Below, one piece after another: positions 9,153 to 19,324 of a DNA stretch of 64,000 nucleotides. A program made the position numbers and the translations under genes. Each line of letters begins with the position of its first letter. Positions within the stretch are counted from its first letter, which is position 1. Origin of the DNA: Cyanobacteriota bacterium (GTDB lineage: Bacteria > Cyanobacteriota > Cyanobacteriia > PCC-6307 > Cyanobiaceae); NCBI GenBank assembly GCA_026389315.1, contig JAPLIC010000036.1, positions 8,048 to 72,047 of the forward strand, written 5' to 3'. The notes beneath the pieces are model-generated. The model worked only from the letters and a program-made list of their open reading frames with translations. It had not been told where the DNA came from and ran no database searches.

Positions 9153-11153
9153 ATGAATCCCGCCAAGGCCCTGCGCGAACAGCTGGGCAAACTGCAGCGG
9201 CTTGCCCAGCCCTACTTCCTTCCCCTGGAAGAGGGAAGGACCGGAGGGGGTGCCTTTCTCCTGTTGCTGGCGGCCTTGCTGGCCATCGTGGTCGGCTTGA
9301 CATTGCTACTGCTGACGGGGGCCGTAGCCCTCAGCGGTGCCCTGATTCCCCAGCTGCAGGGTCGGTTCCTGCCAGGTATCCCCCAGCAGGTGGCCGTCCT
9401 TTGGGCCGGCCCGATCGGTTGGCTACTCATGGCCTTGATGGCGGCAGGGGTTTTCTGTTTCTGGCTTTATCGCGGCCAGTTGCGACAGGGGCGCTGGGTT
9501 CCCTGGGTGTTGCTTGGGGTGATCGCCCTGTTGATTCTGGTGATCAATGGCATCAATGTCGGCATCAGCTTCGTCGCCCGCAATGTTGATAACTCCCTGG
9601 TGGCTTACGACCGGGATGGCTTCTGGAAAACGGTCGCTATCTATGCTTTCTGCCTGATGCTGGCACTGCCCATCAGGGCGTTGCAGGCCTATCTGATTCC
9701 CCGTCTTGGTTTGTTGTGGCGAGAATGGTTAAGCGGGCGCCTTTTGGGACGTTACTTAAGCAATCGTGCTTATTATGAGCTGAATCCCAATGACGAAAGT
9801 AGCGAAGAGATCGACAATCCAGATCAGCGCATCTCCCAGGACGCGGCAAGTTTCACAAGTACAAGCCTGAGTGTGTCGGTGGAGATTCTCTCTGCTTTGC
9901 TTACTTTTGTAAGCTTCATTTTGGTGCTTTGGAGTATTAATTCTAAGTTGGCCCTCTTGCTACTCGCGTACGCGGTATCTGGCACGGCCTTAATTGTGTT
10001 TGCCAGTCGACGTCTTGTGGCGCTCAATTATCAACAGCTTAAGCTTGAAGCGGATTTTCGCTACGGACTTGTTCATATCCGTGACAATGCCGAGTCGATT
10101 GCTTTTTATCGCGGTGAAGCCCAGGAAGGCAAAGAGGCCCAGAGGCGCCTGGGGGGAGCGATCAGTAACTACAACCGCCTGATTGTCTGGGAGGCTCTGA
10201 TTAGTGTTATTCAGCGTTCCTACGATTATTTCTCCCGTTTTCTTCCCTGGTTAGTCATTGCTCCAATCTATTTTGCCAAGGAAGTCGATTTTGGTGTCTT
10301 TGGTCAGGCCAGCATTGCTTTTTCCCAGGTTCTCTTTTCCGTGAGTTATATCGTCAACAATGTTGATCGGTTGGCAGCGTTCTCGGCGTCGATCAGCCGC
10401 TTGGAAGGGTTCCAAAGCAAGATTGATTCCTTGGCTGGGGGTCATGACCTCCTCGACCCATCCTCCGTCCCAGCTTCGGTTGTTGGGCCTGGTCAGTCCA
10501 GCGATGCAATTGTGCTGCGCCATGTTGATCTGGTGCCTCCCCGCAGTGGCCGCCACCTGATCCGTGATCTCAGCTTGACAATTGCACCCGGCGATCGCCT
10601 GCTGGTGGTAGGGCCTTCGGGCTGTGGCAAGACCTCCTTTTTGCGTTTGGTCAGCGGACTCTGGACTGCGGCGGCGGGCCAGGTTGAGCGGCCGCCGGTG
10701 GGTGAACTGATGTTCATTCCCCAGAAGCCTTACATGTTGCTGGGCAGCCTGCGGGAGCAGCTCTGCTACCCCCAATCTCCTGACAAGTTCAGCGATGACC
10801 AGTTGCGCCATGTTCTCGAACAGGTGCGTCTGCCCGATTTGGTGCGCCGTTATCCCGATCTCGACATCAAGCAGGATTGGCCCCGGCTGCTTTCTCTGGG
10901 CGAGCAACAGCGCCTTGGTTTTGCCAGGTTGCTGCTCAACTCCCCTCGCTTTGTCGTGCTGGATGAGGCCACCAGTGCCCTGGACGTGGCCACAGAACAG
11001 GCGCTCTATGGGATGCTCGTCGCTCTGGACATGGGATTTGTCAGCGTCGGCCATCGCCCCACCCTGCGCGATTATCACGACACCGTGCTGGAGTTGGATG
11101 GCACCTCTACCTGGCGTCTGATGCCATCCTCCAGCTATCAATTCGGTCGCTGA
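9153..11153 (+). CDS. ABC transporter fused permease/ATPase (ABCD/YddA-like)
   Basis: IDNPDQRI, EADFRYGL, Walker A GPSGCGKT, signature LSLGEQQR, LDEATSALD and SVGHR. Confidence 0.92.
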   Translation: MNPAKALREQLGKLQRLAQPYFLPLEEGRTGGGAFLLLLAALLAIVVGLTLLLLTGAVALSGALIPQLQGRFLPGIPQQVAVLWAGPIGWLLMALMAAGVFCFWLYRGQLRQGRWVPWVLLGVIALLILVINGINVGISFVARNVDNSLVAYDRDGFWKTVAIYAFCLMLALPIRALQAYLIPRLGLLWREWLSGRLLGRYLSNRAYYELNPNDESSEEIDNPDQRISQDAASFTSTSLSVSVEILSALLTFVSFILVLWSINSKLALLLLAYAVSGTALIVFASRRLVALNYQQLKLEADFRYGLVHIRDNAESIAFYRGEAQEGKEAQRRLGGAISNYNRLIVWEALISVIQRSYDYFSRFLPWLVIAPIYFAKEVDFGVFGQASIAFSQVLFSVSYIVNNVDRLAAFSASISRLEGFQSKIDSLAGGHDLLDPSSVPASVVGPGQSSDAIVLRHVDLVPPRSGRHLIRDLSLTIAPGDRLLVVGPSGCGKTSFLRLVSGLWTAAAGQVERPPVGELMFIPQKPYMLLGSLREQLCYPQSPDKFSDDQLRHVLEQVRLPDLVRRYPDLDIKQDWPRLLSLGEQQRLGFARLLLNSPRFVVLDEATSALDVATEQALYGMLVALDMGFVSVGHRPTLRDYHDTVLELDGTSTWRLMPSSSYQFGR

Positions 11154-11161
11154 AGCCCCTG

Positions 11162-11398
11162 ATGACTCCCTCCACCCCTTTAGAACCCGTCGACAACGTC
11201 GACGCCAAACCCAACGCAGACGCTGGGCCGGTGCCCCCGGCCACCAGTGCCACCACTGGTGATGTGCCGGAATTCGGCTGGAGTGCCTACGCCGAAAGGG
11301 TGAATGGCCGTTTCGCCATGCTTGGTTTTTCAGCAGTGGTGCTGATCGAAACCCTCAGCCGCGACACGTTTCTGCACTGGGCCGGCCTGGTGCCCTGA
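11162..11398 (+). CDS. hli: High-light-inducible protein (HLIP/CAB family)
   Basis: AERVNGRFAMLGF chlorophyll-binding motif in a 78 aa protein. Confidence 0.92.
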   Translation: MTPSTPLEPVDNVDAKPNADAGPVPPATSATTGDVPEFGWSAYAERVNGRFAMLGFSAVVLIETLSRDTFLHWAGLVP

Positions 11399-11422
11399 GA
11401 CTGGGGGTGGGCCCTGGCCTGG

Positions 11423-11935
11423 TCAGGGAATTGCGATCAGGTCGACTTGCCAGCGGCCATCGCGGCTGACTTCCACCGCCAATTCCCGGCCATCCGCCCG
11501 CACCATCACCCGCCTGGGCACTCCTGGGGGATTCATGCCGACCAACTGGCTGCCCATCAGGCGGCGCCGATAGACCAGCAATTCGGTTCTTCCCTCCAAC
11601 TGCCTTACCAGGGCCAACCGTTCTCCCTTCGCGTCCACCCCCACACTCAACGGCTGGGCATCCGGCCGGTTGAGACCGGGGAGGGGCACCGGCCGCTGAT
11701 CTTCCACATTCAGCAGTACCACTTGGTCCCGGCCATCACGGTGGGAGATCAAGGCCAGCCAGGGCCCAGCCAAGCTTGGGGCTCGGCTGGGGCCCAGCTC
11801 CTCCAGGCGCCGATCCAGGGGGAAGACCGGTTGGGGCACGGTCCCCATGCAGCCAGCCAGGCTGGTCAGTGCCCCCATCCCCCCAGCGATCAAACCAAGC
11901 CGCAAGGCTTCGCGGCTCAACTTCCACTTGATCAT
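11423..11935 (-). CDS. TolB-like periplasmic lipoprotein (PD40-type repeats)
   Basis: Lipobox LAGC; PVPLPGLNRPDAQP motif and beta-propeller-like repeats. Confidence 0.72.
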   Translation of the reverse strand: MIKWKLSREALRLGLIAGGMGALTSLAGCMGTVPQPVFPLDRRLEELGPSRAPSLAGPWLALISHRDGRDQVVLLNVEDQRPVPLPGLNRPDAQPLSVGVDAKGERLALVRQLEGRTELLVYRRRLMGSQLVGMNPPGVPRRVMVRADGRELAVEVSRDGRWQVDLIAIP

Positions 11936-12489
11936 GGGAGGGTGGGGTTTGCCATGGTGCCGATCGCTAACCCCCTGGGTAGATCCGGTTCGATCAGGTT
12001 GGCCAGGCCGAACACCTGAACCAGTCGGCGGCCCCGGGCGATCCCTGCCAGGGCCAAACGACGTCCATCAGGGGCCAAGCTCAGTTGTTCGGGTTGGAGA
12101 TCTCCCGGAAGCTGTAAGGGCAGCAGGCGGCCGCTGGCTCGATCCAAAATCAACACTCGCCTCCTACCACCTTCCTGGCCAACCAGAGCCAGGTAGCGGC
12201 CGTTCCAGCTCAACGAGGGGGAGTCATGGGGTTCAAAACGGCGCAGCAACGGCAGTGGCACCTCAGCGCCTGAGGGCTGGGCCTGCATCATCACGGTCTG
12301 ACGCCCGTGGCGCTCAACAACACTTGCCAGCCATTCACCCTGGCCGCTGAGGGCGGGTTGCTCTCGTTCGTGACCACCGAGGGCGAAGCCGGCAGGACTG
12401 GCCCGTCGCCGCTGCAAGCCAAGATCGCCGCAGCCCACCAGAACAAGGTTGATCGCCAGCAGAACAAGGGGTGTCAGCCAGACTTTCAA
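11932..12489 (-). CDS. TolB-like periplasmic lipoprotein (PD40-type repeats)
   Basis: Lipobox LVGC; repeats PALSGQG, PSLSWNGRYL and LSLAPDGRRL. Confidence 0.75.
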   Translation of the reverse strand: MKVWLTPLVLLAINLVLVGCGDLGLQRRRASPAGFALGGHEREQPALSGQGEWLASVVERHGRQTVMMQAQPSGAEVPLPLLRRFEPHDSPSLSWNGRYLALVGQEGGRRRVLILDRASGRLLPLQLPGDLQPEQLSLAPDGRRLALAGIARGRRLVQVFGLANLIEPDLPRGLAIGTMANPTLP

Positions 12490-13436
12490 TCGTCAAAGCG
12501 GGAGCTGTTGTCCCTGGTGCTGGGACTGCGGGAGGATCGAGAATCACGGGAGGCCGTTGGAGGAACGACCGGGCTCTCTGGCCGGCTGCGGGGGCTTGAC
12601 GTCCCTGTCAGGGGTGAGAAATCGGCATCACTCACCTCATTGTCCCCCTTGGGTTTGCCGCGCAGGGGAGTCCCCTCAGGAACGCCACTTGGGGAAAGAC
12701 CAGCAGGGGCTGGCGAACTGGCAGGAGTAGGCCGGCGGCTGGATCGGCCGGCTGGATCAGTGGCAGGTGCGGGACGGCTACCTCGCCTGATGTCCTGTTG
12801 GCCATCGCGGTCTCGACGACGTTCGCCGAATTGCTGGCCGCTGCTCCGAGCACTGGAAGCAGGTCGGTAGCGACTGGCGTCCCTGGGATCGTTCAGCGCA
12901 GCTCTCCTGGGTTCTGGATCCCAGTTTTCAGAGCGTTCGCCCATGCGGCTGGCGGCCTGTTCAGGAATGGCGGCCCGGCTGGAGCGGCGGGGCCGGTAAA
13001 AGTCATCCTCTTCTTCGCGGGTAGGAATCCGGCGTCGGCTGGAGTCCTGGTCCTCGAAACGGTCGACATCCCGCTCCCGTTCCCAGTCCCGCCCCAGTTC
13101 GCTCCCACCGCGACTGCGCAACGGCTGGGGCTCCTCATCATCAAAAAAGGAGGAGCGACGTGCCTGCTCAGTGGTTATGCCACGCAACCTGACGCTTTCG
13201 TAAGCGAAAAAAACAGTGGTTCCCGCGAGAAGGAATTGGCCGAACTGAAGAATAGGGTCGAGTCGCCAGCCTTGGAAGAATAAAATTCCACCGCAAAGCA
13301 GACCTACGGCCGCAAAAAAAACGTCGTAGTCCCTGGCGAGAGCCGGCTTGAAGTTCCTCATGAAATAGAGGAATGCTCCACCTACCGCCAGCACGATGCC
13401 GACAATACTGGCCCAATTTAGGCTGGCGTTGACCAA
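12486..13436 (-). CDS. ycf66: Ycf66 family protein
   Basis: MVNASLNWAS, ALARDYDVFFAAVGLLCGGILFFQGWRLDPILQFGQ, followed by a disordered Arg/Asp/Pro-rich tail. Confidence 0.92.
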   Translation of the reverse strand: MVNASLNWASIVGIVLAVGGAFLYFMRNFKPALARDYDVFFAAVGLLCGGILFFQGWRLDPILQFGQFLLAGTTVFFAYESVRLRGITTEQARRSSFFDDEEPQPLRSRGGSELGRDWERERDVDRFEDQDSSRRRIPTREEEDDFYRPRRSSRAAIPEQAASRMGERSENWDPEPRRAALNDPRDASRYRPASSARSSGQQFGERRRDRDGQQDIRRGSRPAPATDPAGRSSRRPTPASSPAPAGLSPSGVPEGTPLRGKPKGDNEVSDADFSPLTGTSSPRSRPESPVVPPTASRDSRSSRSPSTRDNSSRFDD

Positions 13437-13509
13437 GGTCGGATCTCACGAGACTCCATGTTGTCGCCACTCTAGGCAACGTCAAGTCGAATTTCCCGCT
13501 GGTTCGGGC

Positions 13510-13632
13510 TCAGAGGCGCCGATCCACGCGGTCGTTCTGGCTGATGAAGAAGAGGGCGATGGAGATGGGGATGACCACGATCATGGCGCCATAGACGAGG
13601 CTGCTGAGGAAATTGCTCAGGGAAGGGGTCAT
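13510..13632 (-). CDS. psbX: Photosystem II protein PsbX
   Basis: [40 protein letters not shown]. Confidence 0.95.
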   Translation of the reverse strand: MTPSLSNFLSSLVYGAMIVVIPISIALFFISQNDRVDRRL

Positions 13633-13716
13633 GGCAGTAAGGCCGCTGCGAACGCAGGCGATCCTAGGCATTGCCCGGTGACTTCCTACGATCGGATCCT
13701 GTTCGCATAGAGCTTT

Positions 13717-14037
13717 GTGACGGCCACCCCTGCGGCGCTGCAATCGCTCCAACTTGGTCTTGGCGCCGTACTCGGGCTCTGGACGCTGTTGTTCTTATTC
13801 CGCATCGTGCTCACCTGGTATCCCCAGCTCGACCTCGAACGGGGCGTGCTGCGTTGGATTCGGGTGCCGACGGAGCCGTTGTTGGCCCCGACTCGCCGTT
13901 GGATCCAACCGATCGGCGGCGTGGATGTGGCGCCCGTGATCTGGGTGGGCCTCACCAGTCTTCTCAGGGAGCTGCTGGTGGGCCAGCAGGGCCTTGTCAC
14001 CCAGATGTTGAGACAAGTCAGCGCCAACCTTGCCTGA
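13717..14037 (+). CDS. YggT (Ycf19) family membrane protein
   Basis: [18 protein letters not shown] and PIGGVDVAP motifs. Confidence 0.92.
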   Translation: MTATPAALQSLQLGLGAVLGLWTLLFLFRIVLTWYPQLDLERGVLRWIRVPTEPLLAPTRRWIQPIGGVDVAPVIWVGLTSLLRELLVGQQGLVTQMLRQVSANLA

Positions 14038-14054
14038 GGGGCCCCCGCAGCCCC

Positions 14055-15404
14055 TCAGGGGGAGAGCATTTCCTGCTCGACAAACTTGGTATGGATGTCA
14101 CCACGCTGGAATTCCGGCCGATCGAGCAGGGCGAGATGGAAATCGATGGTGGTGGGGATGCCAGTGATGGCACATTCCGATAAGGCCCGCCGCAGGCGTC
14201 GCAAGGCGGCATCACGATCAACCCCCCAGACGATCAATTTGCCGATCAAAGAATCGTAGAAAGGTGGGATTTCATAGCCTGTATAAACATGACTGTCGAC
14301 TCTCACCCCAGGACCGCCAGGAGGCAACCAACCAGTGATACGTCCAGGTGTGGGCCGAAAATTGTGACTTGGGTCTTCAGCGTTGATACGACATTCAATG
14401 GCATGGCCATGGATCTTGATCTCATCTTGGAGCACACTGATTGGTTCACCGCCGGCAATCCGCAGCTGTTCGGCGATCAGATCAATGCCCGTCACCATTT
14501 CGGTGACAGGGTGCTCCACCTGAATACGGGTGTTCATCTCCATGAAATAGAAATGCCCATTGCGGTCCAGTAGAAACTCCACTGTGCCCGCTCCCTCATA
14601 GCCGATACTGCGGGCCGCTGACACCGCCGCATCTCCCATCCGCCGGCGCAGATCGGCCGAGAGCCCCGGGCTGGGGGCCTCCTCCAGCAGTTTCTGGTGG
14701 CGCCGCTGCACAGAGCAGTCCCGCTCACCGAGGTGCACCACATTCCCATGGCGATCAGCCAGGATCTGCACTTCAACATGGCGAGGCCTGTCGATGAATT
14801 TTTCCAGGTAGAGGCCGGGGTTCCCGAAGGCCGCCTCGGCCTCCCCCTGGGCCGCCCGGAACAGGGATTCCAGCTGGTCGGCCGAGGCGACAAGGCGCAT
14901 GCCCCGTCCACCGCCACCAGCCGTCGCCTTGATCATCACCGGATATCCCATCGCTTCGGCGAGTCTGGTTGCGGTTTCAGGGGTTTCCAGCAGACCCTCA
15001 CTGCCTGGGATGGTGGGTACCCCTACCCGCTGCATCGTGTGCTTAGCCGTGGATTTGTCCCCCATGGCTCGGATCGATTCTGGCGAGGGGCCGACAAAGG
15101 TGATGGAGTGGGCTTGGCAAATTTCAGCAAAATTGGCGTTCTCCGCTAAAAACCCGTACCCGGGGTGAATGGCATCGGCCCCCCGGGATGTGGCGGCCGC
15201 AAGGATGTTGGGAATATTCAGATAGCTACGACTGCTGGGGGCTTCCCCTACGCACACGGCTTCGTCGGCCAGCTGGACATGCAGGGCGTTGCGATCCACG
15301 GTGCTGTGAACGGCCACCGTCGCGATGCCCATCTCGCGGCAGGTGCGCAGGATCCTCAGGGCAATCTCGCCACGGTTGGCGATCAGCAGTTTGCCAATGG
15401 GCAT
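14055..15404 (-). CDS. accC: Acetyl-CoA carboxylase, biotin carboxylase subunit
   Basis: [37 protein letters not shown] and FYDSLIGK. Confidence 0.97.
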   Translation of the reverse strand: MPIGKLLIANRGEIALRILRTCREMGIATVAVHSTVDRNALHVQLADEAVCVGEAPSSRSYLNIPNILAAATSRGADAIHPGYGFLAENANFAEICQAHSITFVGPSPESIRAMGDKSTAKHTMQRVGVPTIPGSEGLLETPETATRLAEAMGYPVMIKATAGGGGRGMRLVASADQLESLFRAAQGEAEAAFGNPGLYLEKFIDRPRHVEVQILADRHGNVVHLGERDCSVQRRHQKLLEEAPSPGLSADLRRRMGDAAVSAARSIGYEGAGTVEFLLDRNGHFYFMEMNTRIQVEHPVTEMVTGIDLIAEQLRIAGGEPISVLQDEIKIHGHAIECRINAEDPSHNFRPTPGRITGWLPPGGPGVRVDSHVYTGYEIPPFYDSLIGKLIVWGVDRDAALRRLRRALSECAITGIPTTIDFHLALLDRPEFQRGDIHTKFVEQEMLSP

Positions 15405-15591
15405 CCCTTTCGCGTCCAGCGTGGCAGACCATGCGGGACTGTATCAGCGCTGATCCTGCTCAGGCTTGGGCCCCATTGGGGCCAGTCGCTGGAGACGGGT
15501 CCGATGGGCGAGTATATTGATAGGGGTTTGTGGCTTTGCCCAAGCTTAGACAAGCTCGCTCACCAGATTCTCTGGTCTTCGAGCCATCAAT

Positions 15592-15673
15592 GCGGATGTG
15601 GTGGAATCGGTAGACACGCACGTTTGAGGGGCGTGTGGCTTCGGCCTTGCGAGTTCAAGTCTCGCCATCCGCA
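15592..15673 (+). tRNA. tRNA-Leu (anticodon GAG)
   Basis: Acceptor stem GCGGATG/CATCCGC plus discriminator A; D-arm GGAATCGGTAGAC; anticodon arm CACGT-TTGAGGG-GCGTG; long variable arm GGC-TTCG-GCC; T-arm GCGAG-TTCAAGT-CTCGC. CCA is not encoded. Confidence 0.96.
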
Positions 15674-15713
15674 TGATTTTTTTGACTTGACCCTCCCACG
15701 GCGAAACGTTTCT

Positions 15714-17096
15714 GTGTCTTCTCAGGCAGAGGCCGCCATTCTTTTGGTGAGTAATGGGCCAGGTGAGCTGAGCACCTGGGTCAGACCCTTGGCGCTCAGA
15801 TTGCATGAGCAGTGGGCCCTGCGCCCATGCCACACCCATGCCAGTTGCGCTCTGTACCTGGTACTGGTTCCCTGTCCGAATGGCACAGGCCAGGAAGCTT
15901 CGGTCGCCAGGCGCTGGGAGCTTTTCGATCGGGTTCTGCCCGCAGCCCGCTTCTGGTGGTTGCTGTTGCGGCCCGGTCGGCACGGCCCTTGGCCGCGTCA
16001 AGGGGTGGTGGTGTTTCTCGGTGGAGACCAATTCTGGACGGTCATGTTGGCGGCTCGCCTGGGCTATCGCCATATCACCTACGCCGAATGGGTGGCCCGC
16101 TGGCCCCGCTGGAATGATCGCTTGGCCTTGATGGGCTCTGCGGCCTCGTCTCGGTTAGCCCCCCGCTGGCGCAGTCGAGCCCAGGTGGTCGGTGACTTGA
16201 TGGCAGATCTCGCCCATGGTCAGACGGAAGATTCCGCCTTGGCCGAGGGGGAGTGGGTCGCCCTGTTGCCGGGTTCGAAGCGGGCCAAGCTTCAAGTGGG
16301 GATGCCGTTTTTGCTGCAGACCGCTGATTGTCTGGCCCGCCTGCGGCCAGGATGCCGTTTTTTGCTGCCGGTGGCCCCAACCACCTCCGTTGCTGAGCTG
16401 ATGGCCTTTGGCGGACTCTCTAATACGATCACGACTCATTTCGGAGGCGGTGAACCCACTTTGGAGCGCAGCCAAGACCCCATCGGTCGTGACGTTCTTC
16501 GCACCGCCGGGGGCCAGGCCATCGTTTTGGTGCAGGAGCACCCGGCCCATGCATTGTTGAGTCAGTGCTCTCTGGCCCTGACCACGGTGGGTGCTAATAC
16601 TGCGGAACTGGGGGCTCTGGGGTTGCCCATGCTGGTGCTTCTACCAACCCAGCACCTGGAGGTCATGCAGGCTTGGGACGGCTGGATGGGGCTGGTGGCG
16701 CGCCTGCCGTTGTTGCGGCGGCTCGTTGGTGTGACCTTGACAGCCTGGCGCTTGAGGCATCGGGGTTTTCTCGCCTGGCCCAACATCTCAGCGGGTCGCA
16801 GCGTGGTTCCAGAGCATGTGGGTTCCATTACCCCAGCTGGCATCGCTGCCGAGGCGGCAGAGTGGTTGAGTCATCCCGAAAAGCTGGCGTTCATGCGCGA
16901 GGACCTACGTTCCCTACGGGGAAAGCCTGGGGCCGTTAAGTCTTTGGCTGAAATGGTTGTGGATCTGGTGCCGCCAGGAACCATCCGACCGAGGGCGGCA
17001 AGATGTTGGGCGATGCAAGCTCCACCGACTGGTTCGCCAAATGGGATGGACTGCTCCGAACAGGGAACTCGGCCCAAGGAACGCAAACCGGAATGA
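15714..17096 (+). CDS. Lipid-A-disaccharide synthase (LpxB)-related glycosyltransferase
   Basis: LVSNGPGEL, FLGGDQFW, ALLPGSK, TTVGANTAELGALG and AWPN motifs. Start (GTG) placed after the tRNA; exact start uncertain. Confidence 0.82.
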   Translation: MSSQAEAAILLVSNGPGELSTWVRPLALRLHEQWALRPCHTHASCALYLVLVPCPNGTGQEASVARRWELFDRVLPAARFWWLLLRPGRHGPWPRQGVVVFLGGDQFWTVMLAARLGYRHITYAEWVARWPRWNDRLALMGSAASSRLAPRWRSRAQVVGDLMADLAHGQTEDSALAEGEWVALLPGSKRAKLQVGMPFLLQTADCLARLRPGCRFLLPVAPTTSVAELMAFGGLSNTITTHFGGGEPTLERSQDPIGRDVLRTAGGQAIVLVQEHPAHALLSQCSLALTTVGANTAELGALGLPMLVLLPTQHLEVMQAWDGWMGLVARLPLLRRLVGVTLTAWRLRHRGFLAWPNISAGRSVVPEHVGSITPAGIAAEAAEWLSHPEKLAFMREDLRSLRGKPGAVKSLAEMVVDLVPPGTIRPRAARCWAMQAPPTGSPNGMDCSEQGTRPKERKPE

Positions 17097-17294
17097 ACGA
17101 TCCATGCTTCAGGGCCGATCTGCCTGTGGTTGCATTGAACGCACCATGAAAGCGAAAGTCAGAAGGTTGAGTCAAGCAGGGTCCTTGGGGAACGAACCGA
17201 AACGAGAGCAGCTCCTGATTTTTTCTGGGGTTTTCGGACGCAGAGCGTACAATTCCATCGTTGTTCTGGCCAGCCCATGGCAGATCCTCAACCC

Positions 17295-18269
17295 ATGACA
17301 GCGCTCATTCGTCCCGAAGATAGAATCTTTGTGGCTGGTCATAGGGGGATGGCTGGTTCGTCCATCGTTCGCTGTCTCTTAAAAAGGGGCTACGGCAATA
17401 TCCTCACAGTTACCCGTCAAGACGTTGATCTTGTTGATGCAGCTGCTGTTTCTCAATGGTTTATTGCTAACCGCCCTGATGTCGTTGTCCTTGCAGCCGC
17501 AAAAGTCGGTGGCATCCAGGCCAACAACACCTACCCTGCCGATTTTCTGCTTGAAAATCTAAAAATACAAATCAATGTAATCGAATCTGCTTGGCGCTGT
17601 GGCACGCGTAGGTTGTTGTTTTTAGGAAGTAGCTGTATCTATCCTAAGTTTGCGGAGCAACCCATTCGTGAAGAGTCACTTTTGACCGGTTCTTTGGAGC
17701 CGACCAACGAATGGTATGCAATAGCTAAAATCACAGGAATTCAGTTGTGCCGCGCTTTGCGCATTCAGTATGGATTTGATGCCATCAGTTTGATGCCGAC
17801 TAATCTTTACGGACCAGGGGATAATTACCATCCTACCAACAGTCATGTTCTGCCAGCTTTGATTCGGCGCTTCCAAGAAGCGCATAAGTTAGCCGTCCCC
17901 AAAGTGGAATGCTGGGGAAGTGGGACGCCCCGCCGAGAATTTCTCCATGTTGACGATCTTGCCGATGCCGTTTTGTTCTGTCTTGAGCACTGGCAGCCTG
18001 ATGCCCATGAGATGCAGTTTATGAATGTAGGAACGGGCACGGATGTGACGATCAAGGAATTGGCTGAAAGCGTGGCCTCTGCAGTTGGTTTTACCGGAAG
18101 CATCGATTGGGATTTTAGTAAGCCAGATGGAACTCCACGCAAGTTGCTCGATGTTTCGCGGCTGGCCTCCCTCGGCTGGAAAGCTTCGATCCCATTAGAT
18201 TACGGACTCAAGCTAACCGTGATGGATTACATTGCTAGTCTGAATCGCGGTGAGGATTTACGCCTGTGA
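17295..18269 (+). CDS. fcl: GDP-L-fucose synthase
   Basis: AGHRGMAGS, AAAKVGGI, FLGSSCIYP, YAIAK, MPTNLYGPGDNY and KPDGTPRK. Confidence 0.95.
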   Translation: MTALIRPEDRIFVAGHRGMAGSSIVRCLLKRGYGNILTVTRQDVDLVDAAAVSQWFIANRPDVVVLAAAKVGGIQANNTYPADFLLENLKIQINVIESAWRCGTRRLLFLGSSCIYPKFAEQPIREESLLTGSLEPTNEWYAIAKITGIQLCRALRIQYGFDAISLMPTNLYGPGDNYHPTNSHVLPALIRRFQEAHKLAVPKVECWGSGTPRREFLHVDDLADAVLFCLEHWQPDAHEMQFMNVGTGTDVTIKELAESVASAVGFTGSIDWDFSKPDGTPRKLLDVSRLASLGWKASIPLDYGLKLTVMDYIASLNRGEDLRL

Positions 18270-19324
18270 GAATCCTGGTTACTGGAGGAGCCGGTTACAT
18301 TGGCAGTCATGCCGTTCGGGCCCTTACCCAAGCCGGCCATGAACCGGTTGTTTTGGACAATCTCGTCTATGGTCATCGTGAGATTGTCGAGCAAGTACTG
18401 AAGGTCCCTCTTGCCTGTGGTCAGCTCGGTGATAGGCCCATGCTTGAAGCATTGCTGCGGGGGCATCACCCTTGTTTGCAAGGAACAAGCATGGAAGCCA
18501 AGCCCATTGAGGCAGTGATTCACTTTGCAGCCTATGCGTATGTTGGTGAATCGGTCAGTGACCCGGCGAAATACTATCGAAATAACCTGGGCGATACGCT
18601 CACACTTCTTGAAGAAATGCTTGCTATGGCTAAAGAGCAAGATAAATTGCCCATACCCATAGTTTTCTCGTCCACATGTGCAACCTACGGACCACCGCAA
18701 CAGATTCCCATGACAGAGGATCATGGACAAAATCCCATAAATCCCTATGGCCAAAGTAAGTTGATGGTAGAGAAACTGTTGATTGATTTTGCAACTGCCT
18801 ATAAGCTGCCCAGTGTTATTTTCCGTTATTTTAACGCTGCTGGTGCGGATCCATCGGCAGAAATAGGCGAAGATCATGACCCGGAAACGCACCTAATTCC
18901 AAGGGTTCTTGATGCCATGAGTGGTAGAGAGCTTTACCTTCAAATCTTTGGAGATGATTATCCTACTCCTGATGGAACGTGCATAAGAGACTATATACAT
19001 GTTTCGGATTTGGCTGATGCTCACGTACTTGGTTTGGAAAGGATTTGGCGTTTACAAGAAAAAAAAGAGGTGATATCCCAGCCACTTATCTATAATCTTG
19101 GTAACGGCACGGGCTATTCAGTACAGCAGGTTATTGAAACAGCAAAGAAAGTTACCGGACGAGGATTGCTCGCCCATGTGGCCAAGAGAAGGGCTGGTGA
19201 TCCAGCCCAACTTGTCGCCAGTTCAGTTAAGGCCCATCAGGAGCTTGGCTGGCGCCCTCGCTATCCGGATCTTGAGACGATTCTTGCCCATGCATGGGCT
19301 TGGCACCAGAAGCGCCACCCTTGA
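18266..19324 (+). CDS. galE: UDP-glucose 4-epimerase
   Basis: TGGAGYIGSH, HFAAYAYVGESV, FSSTCATYG, YGQSK, RYFNAAGA and DGTCIRDYIHV. Confidence 0.95.
   Translation: MRILVTGGAGYIGSHAVRALTQAGHEPVVLDNLVYGHREIVEQVLKVPLACGQLGDRPMLEALLRGHHPCLQGTSMEAKPIEAVIHFAAYAYVGESVSDPAKYYRNNLGDTLTLLEEMLAMAKEQDKLPIPIVFSSTCATYGPPQQIPMTEDHGQNPINPYGQSKLMVEKLLIDFATAYKLPSVIFRYFNAAGADPSAEIGEDHDPETHLIPRVLDAMSGRELYLQIFGDDYPTPDGTCIRDYIHVSDLADAHVLGLERIWRLQEKKEVISQPLIYNLGNGTGYSVQQVIETAKKVTGRGLLAHVAKRRAGDPAQLVASSVKAHQELGWRPRYPDLETILAHAWAWHQKRHP

Noticed and set aside
8549-9190. N-terminal extension of the 738 aa comM ORF
   Set aside because: It is the antisense shadow of the HIT gene; ComM similarity begins at MALAHCHSG.
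15592-15673. tRNA-Leu as integration site of the island
   Set aside because: A core lpxB-like gene separates it from the island; no integrase, and I saw no duplicated tRNA 3' end at the far boundary (manual scan only).
15165-15713. N-terminal 183 aa of the 643 aa ORF 15165..17096
   Set aside because: It overlaps accC (antisense) and runs through tRNA-Leu; family motifs begin only near 15714.
17097-17294. wcaG RNA motif upstream of fcl
   Set aside because: I could not see the repeated UGGYG elements or convincing stems; an Rfam scan would settle it.
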